Shown here piece after piece: positions 1 to 10,801 of a DNA stretch of 64,000 nucleotides. The notes below the pieces were generated by a model, which was given only the letters and a program-made list of their open reading frames with translations, was not told the origin of the DNA and made no database searches. The position numbers and the translations under genes were made by a program. Source of the stretch: Balamuthia mandrillaris (taxonomy: Eukaryota); the NCBI GenBank assembly GCA_031835245.2, contig JAVKOQ020000076.1, positions 1 to 64,000 on the forward strand. The letters run 5' to 3'. How positions within the stretch are numbered: the first letter of the stretch is position 1; each line of letters opens with the position of its first letter.

Positions 1-949
1 GGTTTTCTCTCGAGTACTGCCTGGTGGGGAATCGTGGGATTCAACATGTTCCTCTCGGTAAGCCAGAAAAAAAAGTTTCTGGTAAACAATTCCTTATTTT
101 AACAACTTTTTTTTAAAAAAAACTACGAATAGGTTTACTTCGGAAATAAGCTCCCTACTACCACCTCGTGGAAGGTGGGCCTTCAGGTGACTTATCATGT
201 ATGTGGCTGGGTCATCCCCGCAATCCTGTCGCTCATTCCTGCAGCCGCGGGAAGCGTTGTGTTTGCACCTGGTGCTTCCTTGTGCGTTTTCTCCTGATGG
301 TTGTTTTGCGTCGTGAAACTGAAAAAAAACTCACACTTCATTTTGGCTATCAACCACCAACAGCTGCGAAGTTGCGTCGATGGAAAATGTAGGATACTTT
401 CTCGCCTGTTGGGCCATTCCGGTGGGTTTGGTGCTCTTAGCGGGGACGGTCCTCTTCCTGTGCACCATCTTCCGCCTTCTCCACCATTCCTACCTGGCTA
501 ATGACGTGAAAAAGGCCGTGGAGATGTACTTGCGATTGGTGCTCTTCATCCTCATCTATCTCTGCCTCTTTGCATTCATCTTCTCGTTCACCCTACGCCT
601 TGCCTCGGATAAGGAAGCCATCGAAGAAGGCTACAGCGACTACTTCCTCTGCCTGCTGGTAAGGCTCGAAGAGTGCAGCCTCTCGTCGGGCGTGCACAAC
701 TTCCCGTTGGCCGTGCTAAAAGGGCTGGGCTATTCCTGCCTGGGTCTCTGCTTGTGCTTGAACTTCTGCACCAGCCGAGCAATCCTTCGCCTGTGGGCCA
801 GAACATTCATCAATGTCAGCCATGGGCGATGGGCTTCCAGCAACAACGGATCGTCCTCCATTCGCAGCAAAAAGAAGAAATCTGGCACAGAGGATGTGAT
901 GACCATGACTATGGCCAACGACGATGACGATGAGGAAGGTGGTGAATAG
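1..949 (+). CDS. Frizzled/Smoothened-like 7TM receptor, 5'-truncated by window edge, multi-exon
   Basis: Spliced exons (1-57, 133-282, 364-949) read ...YHVCGWVIPAILSLIPAAAGSVVFAPGASFCEVASMENVGYFLACWAIPVGLVLLAG...YLRLVLFILIY...; several TM helices, YH..GW..P motif and Cys-containing loop resemble Frizzled-class receptors of Amoebozoa. Confidence 0.6.
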
Positions 950-1381
950 TGAAGAAGCCAAGGCAACGCGTTGGGGGTTTTTTTTTTCGTTTTTTTTTTT
1001 TGTAGCAATTGTAAACAATATTCATTCATAGAAGCACAAACACCGCAATGTGGTGCCGCGTACCCGCTTTTGGCCATTAGAAAAACAGGCTTTCGTATTT
1101 TTGTTGTTGAACTGTTCAGCAGGAAGGAATGACTTTTTTGGAATCCATACAGCAGCCGGAAGGAATGGTTGTGCCACCCCCTCTGGTGTCCCTTGTCGGC
1201 GGTGCTGTCTCGAAAAAGTGGCGATTATTTACCAAAATATTCCTATATATTCATTAGTCAAAATTAAGCAAAAAATTATGAATCATTTACATTTTATCAT
1301 TTTTCAATTTTTTCAGAGATCATTGAAGATAATTGGAATATTTATCGGACTTTTTTTCGTTTAAAAAAAACAGATCGAAGA

Positions 1382-3263
1382 ATGATGGAAGAGCACTTGA
1401 CCTGCGGGCTTGAGCTGACTTGCGTGCCGGACCTGGTGGAGCGCCTGCAGGAAGCGCGGCAGCAGGGCTACGACTACGTGGCCTGCCCCTTGGCCCACCC
1501 TCGCTACCACCGCTCTTTCCTCCAGGAGAGCCGCATCCAACGGGAGGAGCCGTGGACCCGCTCCGACATGCTGCTCTCCTCCTACCAGTGGAGCAGCGGA
1601 GTCATCGGCAAGACCTCGCCCTGGATCAACCTGGACTCTGACAATCGATCGGTGCAACTGCGTAGCGCAAAGGTTTTTTTTTTGCTTCTTCTTTCCTCTC
1701 TATTTCGTCTTCTTTGTGATCGCTCGATTAAATCGATTTTTTTCTTTTTGATGTGTTGGCGATGAACAAAAAAAAAAGGCTTTCAAGCAAGAGATAGCGT
1801 GGGCCACTCACTTGTCGCTGTCCGCGGTGCTGTTGCCGGTGCCCTCCTTTCACTCGACAAACTACGCTCACACCATCAACCAAACGGTGCTTAACCTCAA
1901 TTACATGCAAGTTTGGCTGAAGATCCCTCTTACCTCTCCCGAACTTATGTTGGAGGTTATTCTTTCTCTTGTCTCTCGCTCCAGCTCTCGCTCTGTCGCT
2001 CACTCACTCTCTCTCTCCCTCGCTTACTGTTTTTCCCTTTGTCTTCTCTCTTCTTTCCGTTCTCTCTTCAAACGTTGGCATGAAATAGGACGAAGATGAG
2101 GAAGGTAGTTCTAATGTCAACCGCGTCTCTGCCTCTGGTCGGAGCGAAACGGACACATGGGAGTGGTGGAATAGCGTAAGATCTTTGTGCGAGCACCACT
2201 CCAATCTCTACGCTGGTATTCCTCTATCCTATCTCTGCTTCTCGTTCTCTCGTTACCTCGTTCTCTTCCTCTCTTCTCGATATTCATTTGTTTTGTAGTG
2301 TTGGAGATGACTCCAGACTTGCCGCCTGCCTCGAAGTTGAAGAGATGGTTTGGAGAGCCGGTGAAAGCCATCATTCTGCCAACCAACGTCTTTCTAACCA
2401 ACAAGATGGGTTATCCTACTCTCTCCAAGAATCACCAACAGTTCTTGTGTGCTATGTTCAGGGTACAGCAGGCTCTTCTGTTCTCCTTTTCTCTTTTTCT
2501 CTCGTCTATTATTTATTTTCCATCTCTATTCACATTTCTCGTTTCTTCTCTCTTTGTTAACGGTTTAAATGTGTTGTATCTTCTGCGAGTATAGCACAAA
2601 GTGCAGGTCATTATAAGAGGAGTGTGTAAGCACAAGGAAGGACTGGGAGCATACCAGCAGTATGTGCGCTATCTTCACAAGAAGCTTCCTCCTCTCACTG
2701 AGCAGGAGCTCTTTGAAGCTCCTTATTTGGATTACTTGCAAGCTCCTCTTCAGGTCTATTGCTACCTTTCTTCCTTTTTTCTCTCTCTCTTTAAATTTTT
2801 TTTAAAAAAAATGTACATACAACATAGCCTCTGATGGACGATTTAGAGTCACAAACGTACGAAACCTTTGAGCGAGACCCCATCAAATATCGCGAGTACG
2901 AACGCGCCGTCTACCATGCTCTTCTCAAGCGGGAGGAGGGCTCCACCACGGTGCTGATGGTTGTAGGCGCTGGCAGAGGTCCACTCGTGAGAGCCTCTCT
3001 GCGAGCCGCCAAGAGCGCCAACAGGAAGCTCCGAGTCTATGCTGTGGAGAAGAACGTCAACGCGGTGGTCACCCTGCGCAACCTGAAGATCAGTCAGAAC
3101 TGGGGAGACATGGTGACTATAGTGAACACGGACATGAGGGTCTGGGACGCTCCCGAGAAGGCGGATATATTAGTGAGCGAGCTGTTGGGCTCGTTTGGGG
3201 ACAATGAGCTCTCTCCTGAATGTCTGGATGGTGCACAAAAGTTCTTGAAGATGGGTTTGTATT

Positions 3264-3303
<40 letters not shown>

Positions 3304-4074
3304 TTCTTCTGCCTGTGTTCATTATGTGTTATTCTTTCTATCGTTTTTTTCCTCTTTCCTTGAGTGTGGTTTTAATCTCTTCTTGTACACAGATGGAGGC
3401 ATCAGTATTCCTTCAGCATACACCTCTTTTGTGGCCCCCATTTGCTCCTCCAAACTCTATAACGAGGTCAAGGCCTACAATGACCGTAAACACTTTGAGA
3501 CAGCTTACGTGGTGAAGCTGCACAACGTGGACCAACTTGCTCCCTCTAAACCCTGCTTCACTTTCGTTCACCCTAACAGAGAGAAGAACATTGACAACAG
3601 CAGGTACACCAAACTGAGCTGGCAGATAGAGAACAGCTCCACCCTGCATGGCTTTGCTGGTTACTTTGATGCTCAACTTTTTGAGGATGTTCATATTAGT
3701 AAGTTCCTTACTTTCACTCTTTTCTCTCTTTTTTCGTAACCTTTACGATCTTGTTTTGTAGGCATCAACCCGGACACCTTTTCAGAGGGCATGTTCAGTT
3801 GGTTCCCTCTTTTCTTCCCTCTTCGGGTACGTCTCGTCCTCCTTGTCTTCTTGTGGTTCTATTCTCTTTCATCTTCGTTCTCTTTCTGTGCTTAATTCTC
3901 TCATCTATCTCTCTCATCTAGAATCCAATGTATGTGCCAGCGGGAGCTACGATAGAGGTCCACTTTTGGCGTCACGTCTCCGCCAAGAAGGTGTGGTACG
4001 AGTGGTGCGTCACAAGCCCAGACCTATCCGCTGTCCACAACCCCAACGGCAGGTCTTACTGGATTGGCCTCTAA
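1382..4074 (+). CDS. PRMT5: Protein arginine N-methyltransferase 5, multi-exon
   Basis: [82 protein letters not shown]-terminal [11 protein letters not shown]. Confidence 0.97.
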
Positions 4075-4161
4075 AACGGGTAATCTTTTTTTATTTCTCC
4101 AACAAGAAAAAAAAAACCAAAGGGTTAAAAAAAAGCTTGTTTGCTTTCATGAGCATCCTTT

Positions 4162-5175
4162 TTATTGTTTAGCAGTAGTAGAAGAAGAAGAACCAAGGAA
4201 TATGGATAGAAGATCATCGGCAGCTTTGCCCACAGGAAGAAGTCCAGCTTGAACTTTTTCTTCCACTTCAGCTAGTTGCTTACGAACGGAGGCGTGCTGC
4301 TTGAAACGGGTGAGGAGGTCGTCTTGCAAGACCTTCCATAGCCAACTGCGTCGTTGACGACCCCTTCTCTGGAAAAACTCTCCATTTTTCTGTGGATCCA
4401 ACGATAAGACGTTGAGAGAGACTAAAGAAAGAGAACAACAAAGAGTTAGAAAAAAAATACGAACCAACAAAGTTGCCTTGAACTCCTGCATAGTTGCCCA
4501 TATCTCTGGCAAGCCCTGGTCCGTCAGCGAGGAGCATGCCTGCACGCGCGGCCTCCAACACTGCCACTTGGGCTGCATAAGCTTGAGGGCGCTCTTGTAC
4601 TCAAAGGAGGTGCGACGAGCCTGATTCACAAAGTCTCCATCCTGCTTGTTGACAATGAGGAGGTCGGCCAGCTCCATGATGCCTTTCTTGATGCCCTGCA
4701 GCTCGTCTCCGCCTGCGGGAGGCACGAGCAGCACGAACATATCTACCATATCCTCTACGGCAGTCTCGGATTGGCCCACGCCGACTGTCTCCACTAGCAC
4801 GTGAGAGTAACCAGCAGCTGCAATAGAATAGGACGTTGGCTCTGTGTTCATTCTTTCTTTTGGGATCTCCTCTCTCTTTTTCTACTTACATTCGCACAAA
4901 AGAATGGCTTCAGTGGTGTGTCGCGTCACGCCGCCTGTTGCATAGTTCATAAACAAGGGCATCATTGCAGGTACCCATGTAACGCGGGACAACAACCAGA
5001 CAAACAAGAATACAAACGTACCCAAAGTACCGCAAGTTGGAGAAGGCCGGACATAAGCCAAAGGATGCCGAGACAGTTCTGTCATGCGCGTTTTGTCTCC
5101 AAGGATGGAACCACCGGTACGCGCCGACGAAGGATCTACCGCCTAGGCAGGAATGCAACAAGCAAAGTGGGTTCA

Positions 5176-5248
<73 letters not shown>

Positions 5249-6013
5249 AGAAAAATAAGAGAACATACCAATACTGCTACTGGCTTTTGTTCTTTTACTA
5301 TCAGCTTACCCAATGCTTCAATGAATGTGGACTGAGAAAGAGAGGGCGGGAGAGCAACTGTGAATCGTGTCTAACAAAAGAAGAACAAAACAAGAATCTA
5401 ACGAGAAGAACAAGAAGAACAAGAAGAACAAGAAGAAGAAGAAGAAGAAGAAGAAGAAGAAGAACAAGAAGAACAAGAAGAAGAAGAACAAGAAGAACAA
5501 GAAGAACAAGAAGAACATCAACAACAACAACATAAGACAACAGAAGAAGAAGAAGAACGGAGGGACAACCACAACCGCAACGAGAATGCCAAACCTTGCC
5601 AACGCCAGGCGGGCCAGATATGCCAATGCGAAACGAAGGAGGGGCGTCCTCTTCCACCATTTTATGAGACAAAATCTGCAGCAGCTCAAACGCTTGGGCT
5701 TGGTGGTCGGCACGCGTGGACTCCACAAGAGTGATGGCCCTAGCCAGTGCCACACGGTTGCCCTCCGCCACTTGTTGGGCCAGCGTGGAGGTGGGAACAT
5801 GCGTCAGGCAACGGTAACGAAAGCTTCGATCCGCCAAGCCCAGCTTTTGTCATTTTTCAATGAAAAAACGGAAGGAAGAGCCAACAAACATATCAGAAAA
5901 GAAAGGAAGACAAAGGAAAAAAGATAAGAGCCTCTTACTCGTGGACGTTGCGACGCGCTGTGACGGACGGCACCGAGGGTGGCGGTGCGTGAGGCAGCAA
6001 AACTTCCATGCAT
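4162..6013 (-). CDS. MMAA: MMAA/MeaB (ArgK-family) GTPase, methylmalonyl-CoA mutase chaperone, multi-exon
   Basis: [82 protein letters not shown]; Arg/Ser-rich N-terminus like a mitochondrial presequence. Confidence 0.95.
5405..5555. repeat. (AAG/AAC)n microsatellite inside an MMAA intron
   Basis: Direct inspection. Confidence 0.95.
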
Positions 6014-6194
6014 GGAATCTTTTTCGTTCTTTTTTTTTTTTTGTGTGGTTTGTTCTGGAATTTAAAATATTTCAATTATTATAGTAATGCATAAAATGTG
6101 AAATATGTACGGAATTCAAAACTGAGGAAGATTTTACTTATGCAAGAAATGAAAAGAATGTGAAAAAAACGAGGGATGAATTTGAATTATGTGG

Positions 6195-6236
6195 CCCATA
6201 ATCGTACGTCGTGTGGAGGGATGAAACGCTTCAAAG
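6195..6236 (+). promoter_or_regulatory. Putative snRNA-type upstream promoter of ncRNA copy 1 (CCCATAA at -70, TTCAAAG at -35)
   Basis: The same two motifs recur at near-identical spacing before copy 2; CCCATAA matches the core of the Dictyostelium DUSE (WCCCAYAA). Confidence 0.6.
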
Positions 6237-6264
6237 AGAGCAACGATGGTTGGGGTGGGGTTCA

Positions 6265-6368
6265 GCCTGCCGCGGCAAAGCACTTTGCCAACCCGTCTTT
6301 AAAGGCACAAGCCGAGAATACTCGTCACTCCAAGTTCGGGCAGATGGTGGTGAAACTCCACCCCAGGC
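6265..6368 (+). ncRNA. Putative Pol III small structured RNA, tRNA-like fold, copy 1 (family unknown)
   Basis: GCCTG...CAGGC terminal stem, GGCAAA-GCAC-TTTGCC hairpin, CCCG/CGGG central stem, GGTGG-TGAAACT-CCACC T-arm-like hairpin, followed by T10; paralogue 261 bp downstream. Confidence 0.7.
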
Positions 6369-6378
6369 TTTTTTTTTT
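6369..6378 (+). terminator. Oligo-T Pol III terminator (putative)
   Basis: T10 directly after the terminal stem; no T4 run inside the element. Confidence 0.6.
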
Positions 6379-6457
6379 CTTTCTTTTTTTATTCTATCTC
6401 TTTGTTTTTTGGCGCTAGATAAAGAACGGAATATTCCTTCCCAGCTGTCTGGTCGGT

Positions 6458-6498
6458 CCCATAACACTTTCGTAGCTTTTGCGGGCACATGTTCAAAG
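6458..6498 (+). promoter_or_regulatory. Putative snRNA-type upstream promoter of ncRNA copy 2 (CCCATAA at -68, TTCAAAG at -34)
   Basis: TCCCATAA fits WCCCAYAA fully; spacing conserved with copy 1 while the intervening sequence differs. Confidence 0.6.
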
Positions 6499-6525
6499 GA
6501 GCAAAGACGAAGCGTATCCCAAGTA

Positions 6526-6628
6526 GCCTGGTGCGGCCAACATTAGCCAACCCTTCTGACAACCTGATGGGCAATCCTTGTTGTAATCGGAGAACCGGGT
6601 TGATGGTGGTGTAAACTCCACCCCAGGC
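6526..6628 (+). ncRNA. Putative Pol III small structured RNA, tRNA-like fold, copy 2 (family unknown)
   Basis: GCCTGG...CCAGGC terminal stem, GGCCAA-CAT-TAGCC hairpin, long central hairpin (AACCC/GGGTT, TTCTGA/TCGGAG, ACAAC/GTTGT), GGTGG-TGTAAACT-CCACC hairpin, followed by T8. Confidence 0.7.
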
Positions 6629-6636
6629 TTTTTTTT
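6629..6636 (+). terminator. Oligo-T Pol III terminator (putative)
   Basis: T8 directly after the terminal stem. Confidence 0.6.
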
Positions 6637-6912
6637 AAAAAAATCCTTCGATAGAAGTAGCCTCTGTTCGTCTTTGTCTTATCCTCCCTCTCAATAGGAT
6701 GAACTCTCCGTTTGTTCTTGCTGTTGTTGCAATGGGCGCAGTTGGTGTTGTTGAGCGGAAGAAGCTCCGTAATGGCAAGTGGATATCGCCAGTTGCAACC
6801 GCCGGTTGCATAGCGAACCGTTCGGAAGGAGAAGAGGAAGACGAACCACCAACCCAAGAGTATCGTGTGTCCAGAGAAAGAAGAAAAATCTATTTTATTT
6901 GATTTGTTTCAT

Positions 6913-8000
6913 TTAGTAGCCCTCGTCCTCACGGTTAGGCTCTTGCCTGGGGTTCAGCTTGACCAGGTCATCGATTCGAAGGATGGTGATGGCGGCCTCC
7001 GTGGCGGACTGGATGCACTTGATCTTGCTCATGGCAGGTTCCAGCACGCCCGCTTTCAGGTTGTTCCTGATGCAACCCTTCTCCAAATCCAATCCCGACC
7101 TTTTTTTTTGTTTGGTTAAAATTATACATGAAGAGAACGAGAGAGAGAGGAAAAATAAGAGAGACAAAAGACGAGGGAGAAGCGTAGACAGAAGTCAGGA
7201 GAATGAGAGAAAAAAGAACGAGAAAGAGGGAAGCAGATAAGAGGAGTAGCGGAGAGGAGAGGAGGGAAGACAAACATGGAATAATCTCTCTTCTTTTCGT
7301 TCTTCTGTGCTGTGTTGTGGTAGGCGCGCAGCTTGGCCACCAGGTCAGTGGCGTCCTGAGCAGCGTTCACGGCCAACGTCTTGGGAATTACCAACAAAGC
7401 CTCTGCAAACTCTGCGATGGCCAATTGCTCACGAGAGCCCTTTATTAATTTTTTGTTGTTTATTTGTTAGAGACAAACCCGCATGAAAAAGAAAGCAAAG
7501 GAGACGTACCAAAGTTGTTGCGAATTCCTCCAAATAAATAGAAAGAGCAGCTTCAACGGCACCTCCGCCAGGTACCACCGCCTTGGACTCAAGCACTCGC
7601 TTGACGATGCAAATGGCATCGTGCACGGACCTCTCCACCTCGTCCAACATGAAAGAGCTCGGGCCTCGGAGAATGAGAGAAGCAGTTCGGCTCGTTTTGC
7701 AGCCCTATTTTATTTGCAAAGGCGAAAAAAAGTTGATATTAACATCATGCTCTTAAGATACAAAAAGAAAAAAGAGAGAAGAAAAGAAAGTAAAAGAAGT
7801 ATTTAAAAAATGGTGCTTGATGAAAAAAAGATACCTTAATCAAGATGAGCTCGTGGTCGGCAAGTCGTTCCTGCACGACCTCGTCGGCATGGCCAAGCAT
7901 GGACGCATCGAATGCCTCGCCACCCTCAAGATCAGCCAAGCTCACCAGCATGGTAGCTTTTTACGAAAAGGAAAAGAGGAAAGGAGAAAGAATTAGAGAG

Positions 8001-8041
<41 letters not shown>

Positions 8042-9990
8042 CAAACCGCCAGTAGCTCTAGCAATGTGTCGCAAGTCCTCCTTCTTGCAGCGTCTAACGG
8101 CCATGGCACCAGCTTCCACAAAGTACTTGAGGCAGGTATCATCAATTCCCTTCGTGGTAAGTACAACGTTGGCACCAGCCTTCAAAATGAGCTCAATCTT
8201 CTCTTTGACGAGGTCAGTCTCCCTGTTATTTTTTTTTTGAAAGAAAAGAATACGTAAATAAAATGAAAAATAAAAATCTTTGAATTAATAATCCTCTCAA
8301 ACTTACTTCTTGACTATGGCCTCCATTTTGGCGGGATCAGACACAGAGACGGTGACGCCGAGGCTCATCTTCTGTTTGGCCAAGTTGATGTCCAAAATGG
8401 CAATCTTGGCATTCTTGATATATTTGGGCATAGCTGTGACAAACAGAAGATAAGTTATACGAATAACAAAGAATGATGAGAGTGGTAAGATGAAAAAGAT
8501 AGAATGATAAACGACAAAAGAATATCGTGCCTTGAGAAGCAACAGTGCAGTTGAGAGCAAAGCCTTCAATAAACATGCTCTCCTTTGTGCTCTTGCCCTG
8601 GGACTTCAAGACATTGATCGCCTTGATGGGATACTTAATCTCACCCTTGGGATCCACCGTCTTGACACGGGTGACCGCCTTCACAATGATATCGGCAAAG
8701 AAATCGCTTTCACTAGTATGACGAATAGCGAGGAATAAAACATTAATAAGGCAAAGAATGAGAAAGTTGAAAAGGAAAAGAGAAGGGAGAAGATAAAACG
8801 TACGCGCCGATAATCTTGGAGGAAAGAGAGGTTTTGGCAGCGTTCAACAAGCAGTCACGTCCCACGGCCTCAACACCGATGGCCAGGTGCTCACTAATGA
8901 ACTTTGAGGCTTCCCTACTAGCCAACCGGAAACCGCTGATGACAGAGGTGGGGTGAATCTTGTTCTTAACAAGTTCATTGGCACGCTAAAAGGTTTTTAC
9001 GGAGAAGAAGAAGCGAAGTCAGAGAAGAATAGATAACAGGAAAGAAAGAAGAGGAAAGCAAAATGAGGAGAGGGAGAGGGAGAGAAGAGAAAAGAACAGG
9101 AGAGAGAGAGAGAGAGAGAGGAGATGAGGAGAAGAAAAGCAAACAGAAGAGACAAAGGTGGACGAACAGAGGAGAGAAAAAGAGAGGAGGGCATTGAAGA
9201 AATGATAAACGACAGAAGAATATGGTGCCTTATAGGACAAGAAGAAAAGAAGAAGACGAAAAGAAGAGGGAGAAGAGAGCACGAGCAAAAACAAAAACAA
9301 AACGAAGGGAGAACAAGAAAGAGTACCTTCAAAAACTCAGCAGCGAGAATGACGACAGAGGTGGTTCCGTCGCCGACCTCCTTGTCTTGAAGGTCAGCAA
9401 GGTCCACCAAAATCTTGGCAGCGGGGTGTTCCACGTCCAACAGCTTCAGGATGGTGGCTCCGTCGTTGCTGATGGTGACGTCTCCAATGTCATCTACCAT
9501 CATTTTGTCCAAGCCCACGGGGCCAAACGAGCTACGCACGATGTTGGCGATGGCCAAACAGGCAGTCACTTTTATTATTATGCAGCAGTTTTAAAATCAA
9601 GTGAAAGAGAGCAAGGGTGAGTGAAAACGGAAGATGAACATCAACGAAAAAAAAAAAGCAAAAGAAAAGGGGAGTTTTGTGGAGGGACTGCTGTGAATCG
9701 CAAAGAGTACCATTTTGTGTGCGCACATCCTGGCCGGATTGGCGGTTGCCGTCGATCGCAAGTGGAGTGACCTAACAAAAAACGGAGAGAGCGAGAGAGA
9801 GAGAGGGATGTACGCAAGTTCAGAGAAACATAACACAAATAGCGGGGAAAAAAAGTAGCAGTAGTGGCATCTTTTGATTCTCTTGGACTGTCACTTTGTA
9901 GGTGTAACCCCCCACAATCTACGGACAAGAGAAAGAGAGAATAGAGGAGGAGAGAGAGAGAGAGAAGAGGGTAATCGAGCGAACCTTCAT
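6913..9990 (-). CDS. TCP1: T-complex protein 1 subunit alpha (CCT1), multi-exon; first coding exon appears to be 6 nt (ATGAAG)
   Basis: [92 protein letters not shown]. Confidence 0.96.
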
Positions 9991-10277
9991 TGGGATGGGG
10001 ATGATGTGCGTGCGTGCGAGAGCGAAAGTGGGTAAATCAAAAACCAAAAAAAAAAAAACCCGCTTGAGGAGTCGCAACTCAGCAATCAAAAATTCTAATC
10101 TGATCCACCGAAGATCGCTTCGATCTGGACATAATTTGGGGTAGAAAACGCCCTTTATTAGTTTATTGGCTATCTAGTGGGTTGGGCCGCTCAACCTCGT
10201 AGGTAGAATACCTAAGGCACCTCTTACTGGCGTCAATGCCCATCGGGCAGAGCGCGTTGGGAGGCACAAAGGTTGCT

Positions 10278-10368
10278 AGAGATCGCCTGTTACACGTTTT
10301 GAAGTTGGGAGGGTGTGGTGGGTGTGAGAGATCGCTTGTTACAAGTTTTGAAGTTGGGATGGTGTGGT
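10278..10368. repeat. Tandem direct repeat, two 42 bp units, period 49 bp, 3 mismatches
   Basis: AGAGATCGCCTGTTACACGTTTTGAAGTTGGGAGGGTGTGGT at 10278 vs AGAGATCGCTTGTTACAAGTTTTGAAGTTGGGATGGTGTGGT at 10327. Confidence 0.9.
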
Positions 10369-10801
10369 AGATAGGAGGTTGGCTTCCATCAGAGGTGCAA
10401 AGGCAGATGTGTCATCCAGGCACGGATTCTGCTGGCAGTCCGCTGGCACCTGACCGGGCTGGCAGGTTTTGGGAGGTCTAACCTCCTGTGCTATTCCATC
10501 CTTGAAAGAGCCATCTGTAGCTATGAGGAGCGGCGCGTTGTTGTGGGGAAAACGCCCTTGTCCAAGTCGCATCTATGTTGGTTGACGTCAGCATTGTGCT
10601 GTCATTGTAGCTGGGTATCCGCGATCTTTAGATCATGACCCACGCTTTGCGACAGGGCAGGAAATGTGAGTTTTGTTGTGTTTTGGTTTTTTTTTTTTAA
10701 TTTTTTCAATCAAGAGAACAGAATGCTATGGCCAAGGGTGATCCCTTTCATGCAACACCAACATGGTGGAGTTGGAACGTCCTTGTGTTCTTGTATTTTT
10801 G

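Noticed and set aside
6265..6628. Calling the two RNAs tRNA-Sec, a suppressor tRNA, 5S rRNA or SRP RNA
   Set aside because: No TCA anticodon arm; CTTTAAA in copy 1 lacks a proper anticodon stem and is absent from copy 2; no TTCRA loop; shorter than 5S and without its internal motifs; no SRP helix 8 motif
7826..7834. GTATCTTT donor in TCP1 as a U12-type intron
   Set aside because: Deviates from RTATCCTT and no clear CCTTAAC branch site near the acceptor
10060..10160. U1-like ATAATTTGGGG (plus) and U11-like AAAGGGC (minus)
   Set aside because: No ACTTACCTG 5' end or U1 stem-loops; U11 closing helix and length do not fit; retained only within the unexplained-island finding
10311..10326. GGGTGTGGTGGGTGTG resembling a budding-yeast telomere or template
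   Set aside because: Short, partly created by the local duplication, and the organism is not yeast-like
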